DNA of 64,000 nucleotides from contig BK006943.2 in the NCBI GenBank assembly GCA_000146045.2, positions 480,001 through 544,000 on the forward strand, given 5' to 3'. Positions 36,461 through 46,664 of this stretch are shown here, one piece after another. This DNA is from TPA_inf: Saccharomyces (taxonomy: Eukaryota). A program made the translations under genes and the position numbers. Within the stretch, counting starts at the first letter, position 1, and each line of letters begins with the position of its first letter. The notes under the pieces are model-generated. The model was not told the origin of the DNA. It searched no databases and was given only the letters and a program-made list of their open reading frames with translations.

Positions 36461-37513
36461 TTATTTTGCCTTTCTTTTGAAAAAGCTTTCCAATGTTCCT
36501 TGCTTTTTTAACCTTTTATTCGATGACGGCGTTTCTTGCTTTTTTGAAGACGACAATGCCCTTTTTACCACGGGTGATGGCTTGCGTGGTGGTGTTGAAG
36601 TTGCGGGTCTCTTTGTCACAATATATCCATCCTCATCAATAAAAGAGGAGGGCTCTTCTTCAGATTTAGGTTCCTTTGAATGTTCTGTTTCAGAAGGCTT
36701 TGTTTGCTGTATTTTAGGTACATCCATAAGTGAATCTTCTGCTGTCGTTTCCAACAAGTCTTCTAAATCATCGTTGTTTTTGTCCTTATCGTTGCTGTCA
36801 GTTTCTTTAGGTGAGTTGGGCTTGGACCCTCCATTTACTTCCTCTGTATCTAAGTCATCTTCGACAAAAAGATTATTTAACTCTTTCATTTGAGCTTCTC
36901 TTTCAGGGTTCTGTTTATTTATTTTTTGCAAGTTCTCCTCTTTCCTTTTACGTAACTCATTTTGTCTAGAGGTTTCCTTGTCATCTCTATCCTTTTTCAT
37001 CTTAGCCAGCAGTGCAGTAGACCTGAGACCCATGTCTTTAGATTTGGATTTCCTTCCGGTTGTTTCTTCTGGCGTGGTCTTTGATCTTGCTGTAGGCCTT
37101 ACCAAAGGTTTAGATTTCTCTTCTAACGTCTTAGTCCTCTCTATAATTTTCGATGATTCAGAAACTTTAAGTTCGTATGAATTTTTAATGGTTAAACAAT
37201 CCTTTTGATCGATAATGTCGTAATATGGTATGAAGCTGTCCATGGGATTGAAGGCATAGATGAAACAATCAATTATTGAATCTTGCTGTGGAATGTTGGA
37301 AAGATCATGAATAATTTTAATAGTTTGATCTTTGTAGCAGCATATCACTACGCAGTTGTATTTGGCATTGGTGGTCTGTTTGTAATAGTCAAACATTAAT
37401 TTCTTGGCCATGGATGGGCCGATCTTCAAGTGGTGAATTAGATCCGTAAAAAGGACGGGCTTTACCTCAGTGAAGAGCTTCTCATTGATAAAATATGACG
37501 CCTTTTGATCCAT
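36461..37513 (-). CDS. POL32: POL32, third subunit of DNA polymerase delta (350 aa) with a C-terminal PIP box.
   Basis: C-terminal QGTLESFFKRKAK fits the PCNA-interacting QxxLxxFF motif. 350 aa with ATG at 37511-37513. Confidence 0.94.
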   Translation of the reverse strand: MDQKASYFINEKLFTEVKPVLFTDLIHHLKIGPSMAKKLMFDYYKQTTNAKYNCVVICCYKDQTIKIIHDLSNIPQQDSIIDCFIYAFNPMDSFIPYYDIIDQKDCLTIKNSYELKVSESSKIIERTKTLEEKSKPLVRPTARSKTTPEETTGRKSKSKDMGLRSTALLAKMKKDRDDKETSRQNELRKRKEENLQKINKQNPEREAQMKELNNLFVEDDLDTEEVNGGSKPNSPKETDSNDKDKNNDDLEDLLETTAEDSLMDVPKIQQTKPSETEHSKEPKSEEEPSSFIDEDGYIVTKRPATSTPPRKPSPVVKRALSSSKKQETPSSNKRLKKQGTLESFFKRKAK

Positions 37514-37630
37514 TAATTACCGATTGAGTTAACTAAAGCCTATTTCTGGTTGTTAGTTAATGTGAAATATTATTTCGAGCTGATCTGATTGCGATGTAAC
37601 GAACTTCTGCGTACTTTTCAAAATTAAGAG

Positions 37631-37656
37631 TTTCGCGTGTTTAACTCATACGCGTT
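37631..37656. promoter_or_regulatory. MCB/SCB-type G1/S elements about 120-145 bp upstream of POL32 (ACGCGT and CGCGAAA on the complement).
   Basis: TTTCGCGTGT (complement ACACGCGAAA) at 37631-37640 and ACGCGTTTAC at 37650-37659. DNA-replication genes are typically MBF targets. Confidence 0.6.
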
Positions 37657-37812
37657 TACTACTTCCGTCGGAAAGTTACACCGTAGTGGAAAATAGACCT
37701 ATTCGTTAGTATAACCTTATTAAGGTACTTCCATTAATGAAGTGTTCTATATTGAGGCATACTGATCGAGAATTTTCATAAGGTGAAACGATAAAAATAT
37801 AAAAATTAAGCT

Positions 37813-37884
37813 TAGCGCCGCTCGGTTTCGATCCGAGGACATCAGGGTTATGAGCCCTGCGCGCTTCCACTGCGCCACGGCGCT
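37813..37884 (-). tRNA. tM(CAU): Initiator tRNA-Met (anticodon CAU, IMT family), 72 nt, no intron.
   Basis: The reverse complement reads AGCGCCGTGGCGCAGTGGAAGCGCGCAGGGCTCATAACCCTGATGTCCTCGGATCGAAACCGAGCGGCGCTA. This has the A1:U72 pair and the GGG/CCC anticodon-stem pairs diagnostic of eukaryotic initiator tRNA, and a downstream T-run terminator. Confidence 0.95.
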
Positions 37885-37957
37885 TAACTTTTATGAATAT
37901 TTTAGACTTAATAAAGATTCATATTGTAAAATTAAAAACAACTTGCACACTGAGCTG

Positions 37958-38125
37958 TGTTAGAATGAAATCCTACTATAATCCATAGTAGTATTCATGT
38001 CACTAGCACATTACAAAATATGCCATAGGAAGATGACGTAAAGATTGAGAACTAGTCATCAGATATAATAGAAGCTGAAAAGCAAGAATTGATAATATCG
38101 GACGCTATCCTACAATAGCAGCGCA
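37958..38125 (+). repeat. Degenerate solo delta (Ty1/Ty2 LTR) relic upstream of the initiator tRNA-Met gene. More LTR-like sequence may continue to about 38440.
   Basis: TGTTAGAATGAAATCC...GAAGATGACGTAAAGATTGAGAACTAGTCATCAGATATAATAGAAGCTGAAAAGCAAGAATTGATAATATCGG parallels the delta core GAAGATGACG...GAAGCTGAAACGCAAGGATTGATAATGTAATAGG. It lies about 75 bp 5' of a Pol III gene. Confidence 0.6.
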
Positions 38126-38762
38126 GTTGCATAATTTGTTATGTGTCGTCTTTATTGTGTGTAAAGCTTTATACACCTTTACCTTTGTGTAGAAGACAAA
38201 GACATTGTTGTTATCACTATGTCCACATTCGCTACGAGGATATTTTCAACATATCTAGTTGAAATACAAATCTCAAGCCACTATAAAAACTGCGGAATCA
38301 AACAAATGTACAATACATTATCCTACTAGAGACTAATTTCTCAAGGTTTGCAATCCCATCTCTTTTCATGAGGTATATTGCGGCACAGAATGGTTGTACG
38401 ACCATTGCTCAACGTTTCCGCTCATAGATCGATTCAAATAAGATTATAGACATGTGGCGATTCAATGCCAATCCTTATCCCGAAATTACGGATGTATTCA
38501 GCCAACTTTGCCTATCTACATTATTCTGTCAACTAGAGGCTAAAGACACGAATTTCTTGGCATTTTTTGTTTGAAAACTTGAAATGGAAGAAAGACAGAA
38601 AGTAATTTTATGTAATCTATTATATTTAAGTAGTTCTAAAAAAAAGGAGAAATCGACGCCAGATTTCCCACCTTGAGTAGAGTATCATACTATATAATAT
38701 CAATGTACGGTTCACGCACCCAGTTGGCTTAGTCTGTTGAGGGGATGAGTAATTGTTATATA

Positions 38763-39185
38763 TTAACCAAAAAGGGAATCATCTTCGTTGAAATCTTTTT
38801 TGAAAAACCATTTAAAAATAACAATACTAGAATATATGATAAGACCACCGATCATGCACATGATACAACTCAAATGGCCAATCAATTGGCAATGATAGAA
38901 AACAACAGGGAGTGCTATACCGCTTGTCACCAGCATTCCTGTAAGGAAGTGAGCCAGATCTTGGCCAGTGTTTGATGAATCGGACATGAAGTCAGATGTG
39001 TGATATTTATTTCCTGCATTGAAAATTGTGTTTGGTATTGGGGCAAGCAAAAAGATCAAAATATCGAATAGTGGGTAGTAATTATGGAATAATGCGCAGC
39101 TTAGTATGACCAAAAGGAATCCCAATGCGAGGAATCCTGACAGAGAAATAATCTTTGTCAATGGTGACACTTTGAATTCCATCAT
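38763..39185 (-). CDS. VPS55: VPS55, small late-endosomal membrane protein (140 aa).
   Basis: 140-aa hydrophobic ORF (MMEFKVSPLTKIISLSGFLALGFLLVILSCALF...). ATG at 39183-39185. Confidence 0.9.
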   Translation of the reverse strand: MMEFKVSPLTKIISLSGFLALGFLLVILSCALFHNYYPLFDILIFLLAPIPNTIFNAGNKYHTSDFMSDSSNTGQDLAHFLTGMLVTSGIALPVVFYHCQLIGHLSCIMCMIGGLIIYSSIVIFKWFFKKDFNEDDSLFG

Positions 39186-39252
39186 AACCGTCTGGGATTT
39201 TATGTATTAAGATTCTTTGCCTTTTAGATTTGATAAATATGCGCCGATATTA

Positions 39253-39255
<3 letters not shown>

Positions 39256-39296
<41 letters not shown>
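39256..39296. repeat. (GT)20 / poly(CA) dinucleotide microsatellite between VPS55 and SSC1.
   Basis: 41 bp of uninterrupted GTGTGT... Confidence 0.95.
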
Positions 39297-39297
<1 letters not shown>

Positions 39298-39637
39298 TTC
39301 CCCTTTTCTAGTTTTTCTCCTACTCTTTTTTTCTCAGTTTTTCGTAAAGTGGAGTGAAAGCCCATCTAAGAAAAAGGCATAATAAAATGTAATAATTTTG
39401 AGGAGTACATTTGGGTATAGAACAGGATCAAACTAATTACAAGAGATACATGGCTTTCCCGCTTAATGCGAGGAAACAGTACTTATATAAACGATATATG
39501 TTTGGGGCGTGTATATTATGTATATAAATGTTCTTAAAAAATAAAGAAACAAAAATACTGGTTAGTTATTATTATGTTTTTTGTCATTCTTTCTAGTTTA
39601 ACATTGTGGTAGTAATTTATTAACAGGAATTTGCTTT

Positions 39638-41602
39638 TTACTGCTTAGTTTCACCAGATTCGGCATTGTTGCCGTTGTTGTTGTTGTTGTTGTTAGAGTC
39701 GTTCTTGTATAATTGTTCAAACAATTTCATCGAGGAAGTTTGCAATTCTTCGGTCTTGGTCTTTAACTCCTCAGCGTTAACCTCTTCGCCACCTTGTACT
39801 CTAGCAACCAACTCCTTCAAGGAAGTGATTTGATCCCTAACCTTTTGGGCTTCAGCCTTGTCAACCTTACCTTCAAATTCTTTCAAGGAGTTTTCAGTAT
39901 CGTTGGCCAATTGGTCAGCCTTGTTGGCAGTTTCGATGGCTTGTTTTCTAGCTTCATCTTGAGACTTGAATTTTTCAGCGTCGTTAACCATTTGTTCAAT
40001 TTCGTTTTCGGACAAACCAGAAGAACCGGCAACAGTAATAGAAGAATCTTTGTTTGTAGCTTTGTCTCTAGCAGAAACGTTAATAATACCATCGGCATCG
40101 ATGTCAAAAGTGACTTCGATTTGTGGGACACCCTTTGGAGCAGGTGGGATACCGGCTAAAGTGAAGTTACCAATCAATTTGTTGTCTCTAACCAATTCTC
40201 TTTCACCTTGGAAAACTCTGATTTCAACAGAAGTTTGACCAGCAGCGGCAGTGGAGAAGATTTGAGATTTCTTTGTTGGAATAGTAGTGTTTCTTGGAAT
40301 CAATCTTGTGAAAACACCACCTAAAGTTTCGATACCTAGAGACAATGGGGTAACATCTAATAATAAGACGTCAGTAACCTCACCGGACAAGACAGCACCT
40401 TGCACAGCAGCACCAATGGCAACAGCTTCATCTGGGTTGACGGCCTTAGATGGGTCCTTACCAAACAAAGATTTAACGGTTTCGACAACCTTAGGCATTC
40501 TGGACATACCACCGACCAATAAGACTTCAGATATGTCTGAAGTAGACAAACCGGCGTCTTTCAAAGCCTTCTTGACTGGGTCGACAGTTCTCTTAACTAG
40601 TGGGGCTGTCAAAGTCTCGAATTGAGCCCTGGAGAACTTCATGTTGATATGCTTTGGACCTGAGGCATCAGCAGTGATAAATGGCAGGTTGATTTCAGTG
40701 GAAACGGTAGAAGATAGCTCAATCTTAGCCTTTTCAGCAGCTTCTCTAATTCTTTGGATAGCCATACGGTCATTTTCCAAATCAATACCAGTTTCGGTCT
40801 TGAAACGAGAAACAATCTCTCTCAACAAATAGATGTCGAAATCTTCACCACCCAAATGAGTGTCACCGTTAGTGGACTTAACTTCAAAAACACCGTTGTC
40901 AATATCTAAGATGGAGATATCGAAAGTACCACCACCCAAATCGAAAACGGCAACAACTTTAGAGTCGGATTTTTCCAAACCGTAAGCTAAGGCAGCGGCG
41001 GTTGGTTCATTGACGACACGTAAAACGTTCAAACCAACAATTTGGCCTGCGTCTTTAGTAGCTTGTCTTTGAGAGTCGTTGAAATAAGCTGGGACAGTGA
41101 CAACAGCATTCTTAACTGGCTTACCCAAGTAGGCCTCAGCTGTTTCCTTCATCTTGTTCAAGACGAACCCACCGATTTGGGCTGGTGAGTAAGTTTGACC
41201 TCTGGCCTCAACCCAAGCATCCCCGTTGGAGTGCTTGACGATCTTGTATGGAACTTGCTTGATATCTCTTTGCACTTCAGCGTCTTCGAAACGACGACCA
41301 ATCAAACGCTTGGTAGCAAATAGGGTGTTTTCTGGGTTCACTACGGCTTGACGCTTGGCTGGAATACCAACCAAACGTTCTCCCTCTTTAGTGAAAGCTA
41401 CTACAGAAGGAGTAGTTCTGGAACCTTCGGCGTTTTCAATAATTTTTGGAACTTTACCTTCCATAATGGCAACCGCAGAGTTGGTGGTACCCAAATCGAT
41501 ACCGATGACGGAACCTTGAACCTTGGTTGACTGCAAACGTGTGGCAATACGGAAAGAGCTAGACAAGCTTGACCTGTTTAGTATGTTTTTAGCAGCAAGC
41601 AT
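39638..41602 (-). CDS. SSC1: SSC1, mitochondrial matrix Hsp70 (654 aa).
   Basis: Hsp70 signatures IDLGTTNS and DLGGGTFD. N-terminal presequence ([25 protein letters not shown]) and a poly-Asn C-terminal tail. ATG at 41600-41602. Confidence 0.96.
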   Translation of the reverse strand: MLAAKNILNRSSLSSSFRIATRLQSTKVQGSVIGIDLGTTNSAVAIMEGKVPKIIENAEGSRTTPSVVAFTKEGERLVGIPAKRQAVVNPENTLFATKRLIGRRFEDAEVQRDIKQVPYKIVKHSNGDAWVEARGQTYSPAQIGGFVLNKMKETAEAYLGKPVKNAVVTVPAYFNDSQRQATKDAGQIVGLNVLRVVNEPTAAALAYGLEKSDSKVVAVFDLGGGTFDISILDIDNGVFEVKSTNGDTHLGGEDFDIYLLREIVSRFKTETGIDLENDRMAIQRIREAAEKAKIELSSTVSTEINLPFITADASGPKHINMKFSRAQFETLTAPLVKRTVDPVKKALKDAGLSTSDISEVLLVGGMSRMPKVVETVKSLFGKDPSKAVNPDEAVAIGAAVQGAVLSGEVTDVLLLDVTPLSLGIETLGGVFTRLIPRNTTIPTKKSQIFSTAAAGQTSVEIRVFQGERELVRDNKLIGNFTLAGIPPAPKGVPQIEVTFDIDADGIINVSARDKATNKDSSITVAGSSGLSENEIEQMVNDAEKFKSQDEARKQAIETANKADQLANDTENSLKEFEGKVDKAEAQKVRDQITSLKELVARVQGGEEVNAEELKTKTEELQTSSMKLFEQLYKNDSNNNNNNNGNNAESGETKQ

Positions 41603-41860
41603 CTTGGTGCGTATAATATGAGATTTGTGTAGTCTTAATTATATTAAATGGGTCGTAAATACAAAAGTTGTCACTCTGGCAAAGGTTGGTGAGCAGCGGG
41701 GCGTCGATATGTACAGCAGGCAGAGGAGGACAGCAACGTATGGAGTTTTCAAACGTGGAACAAAGAACCCAAAAGTTCCCAAGCGTCGAGCCGGCGTTGG
41801 ATCGTTCGTTTTTATACACCGCACCGTAAGCGGTCACCGGAAAAAGAGGCAGGGGGCGGT

Positions 41861-41885
41861 GGAACCGGGCCGAAGCCCATGGAAA
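41861..41885. promoter_or_regulatory. Step-type heat-shock element (three GAA units at exact 10-bp spacing) plus an adjacent STRE-like AGGGGG in the SSC1 promoter.
   Basis: GGAACCGGGCCGAAGCCCATGGAAAAG has GAA at 41862-64, 41872-74 and 41882-84, i.e. nGAAn(5)nGAAn(5)nGAAn. AGGGGG lies at 41850-41855. A gapped TTC/GAA cluster sits at about 41745-41785. Confidence 0.55.
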
Positions 41886-42047
41886 AGCTCTGCCGTTGTG
41901 GGTGATATACAATTATTCAGCGCATCTAAGGCACTAGCTTTAGCACATTGTACCATTGCGATGATGCGGAAGAGTTTAATATAAGCAGATGTTAGTTGCG
42001 GTAGTTGGTATCATGACAGTGAGCTGAACTACGTAGCGTCGTGATTT

Positions 42048-43862
42048 ATGAGTGGCACAGCTAATAGTAGGAGGAAGGAGGTTTTGCGCGTGCCTGTGAT
42101 AGATTTGAATAGAGTTTCAGATGAAGAGCAGCTGTTGCCGGTGGTGAGGGCAATTTTGCTACAGCATGACACCTTTCTGTTAAAAAATTATGCTAACAAG
42201 GCTGTTCTAGATGCACTACTAGCGGGGCTCACGACAAAGGACCTGCCTGACACGAGTCAAGGTTTTGATGCGAACTTTACGGGTACATTACCGCTAGAAG
42301 ATGATGTTTGGCTGGAGCAGTACATATTTGACACTGATCCTCAATTACGCTTCGATCGGAAGTGCAGGAATGAGTCACTGTGCTCCATATATAGTAGGCT
42401 GTTCAAACTGGGTCTGTTTTTCGCCCAACTGTGTGTGAAAAGTGTGGTTTCTAGCGCAGAATTGCAAGACTGTATCAGCACCTCTCATTATGCGACTAAG
42501 CTGACCCGTTATTTCAATGATAATGGTAGTACACACGATGGTGCAGATGCAGGTGCTACCGTGCTGCCCACTGGCGACGATTTCCAGTACCTGTTTGAAA
42601 GGGACTATGTTACTTTTCTTCCGACGGGCGTGTTGACCATCTTCCCCTGTGCCAAGGCTATAAGGTACAAGCCATCGACTATGGCGACGACGGACAATTC
42701 TTGGGTGAGTATTGATGAACCCGATTGTCTTCTGTTCCACACGGGGACCCTCCTTGCGCGCTGGTCTCAAGGTATGCACACTACCTCACCACTCCAGATA
42801 GATCCTCGTGCGAACATTGTTTCGTTGACCATCTGGCCTCCACTTACTACGCCAATCTCGAGTAAAGGAGAGGGTACGATTGCCAATCATTTGTTGGAGC
42901 AACAAATTAAGGCTTTCCCAAAAGTCGCTCAGCAATACTACCCACGGGAGCTTAGTATTCTAAGACTCCAAGACGCAATGAAGTTTGTTAAGGAGTTGTT
43001 TACTGTTTGCGAGACTGTATTGTCTTTAAACGCTCTTTCCAGATCCACGGGCGTCCCACCAGAGCTGCACGTTTTGTTACCCCAGATATCCAGCATGATG
43101 AAAAGGAAAATAGTGCAGGATGATATTTTGAAGTTATTGACCATTTGGTCTGATGCATACGTAGTGGAACTGAACTCTAGAGGGGAGCTGACCATGAATC
43201 TACCCAAAAGAGACAATCTAACAACGTTGACCAATAAGTCTAGGACTTTGGCATTCGTGGAAAGGGCAGAGTCGTGGTACCAACAAGTGATAGCTTCCAA
43301 GGATGAGATTATGACTGATGTACCCGCTTTCAAAATAAATAAAAGAAGGTCCAGCTCTAATTCTAAAACAGTCTTGAGCAGTAAAGTGCAAACGAAGAGC
43401 TCTAATGCTAATGCCTTGAATAACTCAAGATATTTGGCGAATAGTAAGGAAAATTTCATGTACAAAGAGAAGATGCCTGATTCGCAAGCAAACCTTATGG
43501 ACAGACTGCGTGAAAGAGAGAGACGTTCGGCCGCATTGCTTTCTCAAAGGCAAAAACGTTACCAGCAGTTTCTAGCGATGAAAATGACTCAGGTATTTGA
43601 TATTCTTTTTTCGCTGACCAGGGGCCAGCCTTATACAGAGACATATCTAAGCTCGCTAATCGTAGATAGTTTACAAGATAGTAATAATCCTATCGGTACA
43701 AAAGAAGCAAGTGAAATTTTAGCTGGGCTACAAGGTATCCTACCAATGGACATATCTGTTCATCAAGTGGATGGTGGGTTAAAAGTTTATAGATGGAACA
43801 GTTTGGATAAAAACAGATTTTCTAAGCTGTTGCAAATCCACAAATCAAAACAACAAGATTGA
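42048..43862 (+). CDS. TAH11: TAH11 (CDT1), DNA replication licensing factor (604 aa).
   Basis: 604-aa ORF with ATG at 42048. Position (YJR046W) and sequence agree. Confidence 0.92.
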   Translation: MSGTANSRRKEVLRVPVIDLNRVSDEEQLLPVVRAILLQHDTFLLKNYANKAVLDALLAGLTTKDLPDTSQGFDANFTGTLPLEDDVWLEQYIFDTDPQLRFDRKCRNESLCSIYSRLFKLGLFFAQLCVKSVVSSAELQDCISTSHYATKLTRYFNDNGSTHDGADAGATVLPTGDDFQYLFERDYVTFLPTGVLTIFPCAKAIRYKPSTMATTDNSWVSIDEPDCLLFHTGTLLARWSQGMHTTSPLQIDPRANIVSLTIWPPLTTPISSKGEGTIANHLLEQQIKAFPKVAQQYYPRELSILRLQDAMKFVKELFTVCETVLSLNALSRSTGVPPELHVLLPQISSMMKRKIVQDDILKLLTIWSDAYVVELNSRGELTMNLPKRDNLTTLTNKSRTLAFVERAESWYQQVIASKDEIMTDVPAFKINKRRSSSNSKTVLSSKVQTKSSNANALNNSRYLANSKENFMYKEKMPDSQANLMDRLRERERRSAALLSQRQKRYQQFLAMKMTQVFDILFSLTRGQPYTETYLSSLIVDSLQDSNNPIGTKEASEILAGLQGILPMDISVHQVDGGLKVYRWNSLDKNRFSKLLQIHKSKQQD

Positions 43863-44011
43863 AGAATATTTTTAGATATAAGGTAGAATACGTACATTTA
43901 CGGTAAAAAAAAAAAAAAAAGAAAAAAAATTGATCTTGATACATACGTTGGTATTTTACTTTGAAGACTGTGCATTGTGTATGTACGAAAAGAAAGGGAA
44001 ATAAAAAATAA

Positions 44012-44093
44012 CGACAACTGCAGGACTCGAACCTGCGCGGGCAAAGCCCAAAAGATTTCTAATCTTTCGCCTTAACCACTCGGCCAAGTTGCC
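44012..44093 (-). tRNA. tS(AGA): tRNA-Ser (anticodon AGA), 82 nt, class II with a long variable arm and no intron.
   Basis: The reverse complement reads GGCAACTTGGCCGAGTGGTTAAGGCGAAAGATTAGAAATCTTTTGGGCTTTGCCCGCGCAGGTTCGAGTCCTGCAGTTGTCG. T-run terminator follows on the gene strand. Confidence 0.95.
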
Positions 44094-44907
44094 TTTAATC
44101 TCTTGAGTTTGTTTAAGGACAACACTGTCCACCTGGCATGGGAATATTACCATTATTCCAGATTCGGGCTTGTTATTAGGACTTTTTACCAGCTTGATTT
44201 ACCGGTCATTACTTATCCTACACATCATACATCACAACTACACTTGGTGAAGAAATCACAGAGCCTTGGATTTGTAACAATTATATGTTTACGCAATTTA
44301 TCTTGGGAAAGCAGGGCCTCATTTGTGGACATAGCACGGTCTGTCACCCTCGTCGTGCAAAAAATATTTTGACTTCTACTCTTTTTGAAGTTTCGTTGAT
44401 CGGGTCCCTTCCAAGGAAAAGTCGAATGCTGTCACTGCGCATATAAAGGCGAGAACGATAGTGACTGTGATATTAAGTTATTGTCATCATATAAGTAATT
44501 TTTTCTCTGATATCTGTAGCCCTAGTTTTTAATATTTTCGTAAAATGCTCAAAAAAATTTCTGTTTAAATTCTTCTGGGGTATATACACATGTTCCCGTC
44601 AGCTAAATTAAAAAGAAGAAGGAACCGAAAGAAGGCAAATTATAAAGTAATCATCCTCGGCATATTGAGGGGAAAATATCCGTCAAAAAAAAAAGTTCTG
44701 CACGTCGTCATAAGTGACTATGGTATCAAACACCAATTAACACGAACGTAGCGATAATGAAGGCAACTTCGTAGCTGAAACAGAACGAAGTTAGTTAGGA
44801 TGAATAATTATGATTATGATTATTATAATATTATATAAAATGTATAAATAAGATTTCTAGATCAAAAAAACATCGCGTATTTTGTAAGCTATAGAAATCT
44901 AAAATAT

Positions 44908-45381
44908 CTAATCAGATCTTGGAGCTTCCTTGAAGGAGATGGCAGCTTCTTCACCCATGGCAGAAATGATAGTGACCATCAAATCCTTACCTTCATCGAA
45001 AGCAGCTTGCATGCTGTCACCCAATTCACCTTCTGGTGCCTTGACATCGTCTTTGGTTTCACCGTCCATGGTCATCAAGGACAAGTAGCCATCATCAATA
45101 TCCAACAATTGGTATTCGCTTCTCTTGACAAATGGAACTTCCAAGTTGTGAGTGGATGGAGACAAATCTTCCAACTTCTTACCAGTGAAGATATCAAGGG
45201 TAACCAAATGGACCTTGGCGTGACCGTGCTTACCGGTCTTGGAAGTGGACATGTCGACAATCTTACATGGTCTACCTTTGATGACAACGAAACCATTCTT
45301 TCTCAAGGCAGAACATTGCATTGGGTAGGTGGCGGAGGCACCAGCGTCAGCATTTTCAAAGGTGTGTTCTTCGTCAGACAT
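44908..45381 (-). CDS. ANB1: ANB1, hypoxic isoform of translation factor eIF5A (157 aa).
   Basis: eIF5A sequence with the hypusine-site motif [12 protein letters not shown]. Adjacent and divergent to CYC1, as for ANB1 rather than HYP2. Confidence 0.93.
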   Translation of the reverse strand: MSDEEHTFENADAGASATYPMQCSALRKNGFVVIKGRPCKIVDMSTSKTGKHGHAKVHLVTLDIFTGKKLEDLSPSTHNLEVPFVKRSEYQLLDIDDGYLSLMTMDGETKDDVKAPEGELGDSMQAAFDEGKDLMVTIISAMGEEAAISFKEAPRSD

Positions 45382-45566
45382 GTTTTAGTGTGTGAATGAA
45401 ATAGGTGTATGTTTTCTTTTTGCTAGACAATAATTAGGAACAAGGTAAGGGAACTAAAGTGTAGAATAAGATTAAAAAAGAAGAACAAGTTGAAAAGGCA
45501 AGTTGAAATTTCAAGAAAAAAGTCAATTGAAGTACAGTAAATTGACCTGAATATATCTGAGTTCCG

Positions 45567-45694
45567 ACAACAATGAGTTTACCAAAGAGAACAATGGAAT
45601 AGGAAACTTTGAACGAAGAAAGGAAAGCAGGAAAGGAAAAAATTTTTAGGCTCGAGAACAATAGGGCGAAAAAACAGGCAACGAACGAACAATG
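45567..45694. promoter_or_regulatory. Rox1 hypoxic operator sites (YYYATTGTTCTC-type) in the ANB1 promoter.
   Basis: On the complement: CCATTGTTCTC (45587-45597), CTCATTGTTGTCG (45565-45577) and CCATTGTTCGTTCG (45681-45694). All contain the ATTGTT core. Confidence 0.65.
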
Positions 45695-45699
45695 GAAAA

Positions 45700-45850
45700 A
45701 CGAAAAAAAAAAAAAAAAACACAGAAAAGAATGCAGAAAGATGTCAACTGAAAAAAAAAAAGGTGAACACAGGAAAAAAAATAAAAAAAAAAAAAAAAAA
45801 AGGAGGACGAAACAAAAAAGTGAAAAAAAATGAAAATTTTTTTGGAAAAC
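45700..45850. repeat. Long poly(dA:dT) tracts (A17 or longer, A11, A19) in the ANB1/CYC1 intergenic region.
   Basis: Runs of 11-19 A with interspersed G. They produce the low-complexity artefact ORFs 45434..45853(-) and 45609..45833(+). Confidence 0.9.
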
Positions 45851-45997
45851 CAAGAAATGAATTATATTTCCGTGTGAGACGACATCGTCGAATATGATTC
45901 AGGGTAACAGTATTGATGTAATCAATTTCCTACCTGAATCTAAAATTCCCGGGAGCAAGATCAAGATGTTTTCACCGATCTTTCCGGTCTCTTTGGC

Positions 45998-46009
45998 CGG
46001 GGTTTACGG
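45998..46009. promoter_or_regulatory. CYC1 UAS1 Hap1 site (CGG-N6-CGG).
   Basis: GGCCGGGGTTTACGGACGATGG is the well-known CYC1 UAS1B sequence. Confidence 0.8.
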
Positions 46010-46044
46010 ACGATGGCAGAAGACCAAAGCGCCAGTTCATTTGG

Positions 46045-46075
46045 CGAGCGTTGGTTGGTGGATCAAGCCCACGCG
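46045..46075. promoter_or_regulatory. CYC1 UAS2 (Hap2/3/4/5 CCAAT-type site, TGGTTGGT).
   Basis: GCGTTGGTTGGTGGATCAAGCCCACGCG, the classical UAS2 region in which the UP1 mutation creates TGATTGGT. Confidence 0.8.
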
Positions 46076-46107
46076 TAGGCAATCCTCGAGCAGATCCGCC
46101 AGGCGTG

Positions 46108-46220
46108 TATATATAGCGTGGATGGCCAGGCAACTTTAGTGCTGACACATACAGGCATATATATATGTGTGCGACGACACATGATCATATGGCATGCATG
46201 TGCTCTGTATGTATATAAAA
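46108..46220 (+). promoter_or_regulatory. CYC1 TATA elements (TATATATA at 46108, CATATATATAT at 46157, GTATATAAAA at 46211).
   Basis: Matches the widely used pCYC1 promoter fragment, including the XhoI site CTCGAG at 46085. Confidence 0.8.
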
Positions 46221-46244
46221 CTCTTGTTTTCTTCTTTTCTCTAA

Positions 46245-46664
<420 letters not shown>

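Noticed and set aside
36444-37208. ORFs of 149 aa and 76 aa antisense to POL32.
   Set aside because: They lie opposite the Lys/Glu/Ser-rich POL32 coding sequence and are a low-complexity mirror artefact.
41589-41984. ORFs 41625..41984(+) 119 aa and 41589..41912(-) 107 aa.
   Set aside because: They fall within the GC-rich SSC1/TAH11 divergent promoter that holds the HSE/STRE. There is no ATG-anchored coding signal, and they overlap regulatory DNA.
42375-43465. Antisense ORFs of 134 and 175 aa inside TAH11.
   Set aside because: They are entirely contained in, and antisense to, a well-supported 604-aa gene.
44094-44907. Possible LTR relic next to tS(AGA), given how often Ty insertions occur at tRNA genes.
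   Set aside because: I found no TGTTGG...CA termini or delta/sigma/tau core similarity by eye in the tS(AGA) to ANB1 interval. It is left unannotated.
45434-45853. 139-aa poly-Phe ORF (-) and 74-aa poly-Lys ORF (+).
   Set aside because: They are translation artefacts of the poly(dA:dT) tracts in the ANB1/CYC1 intergenic region.
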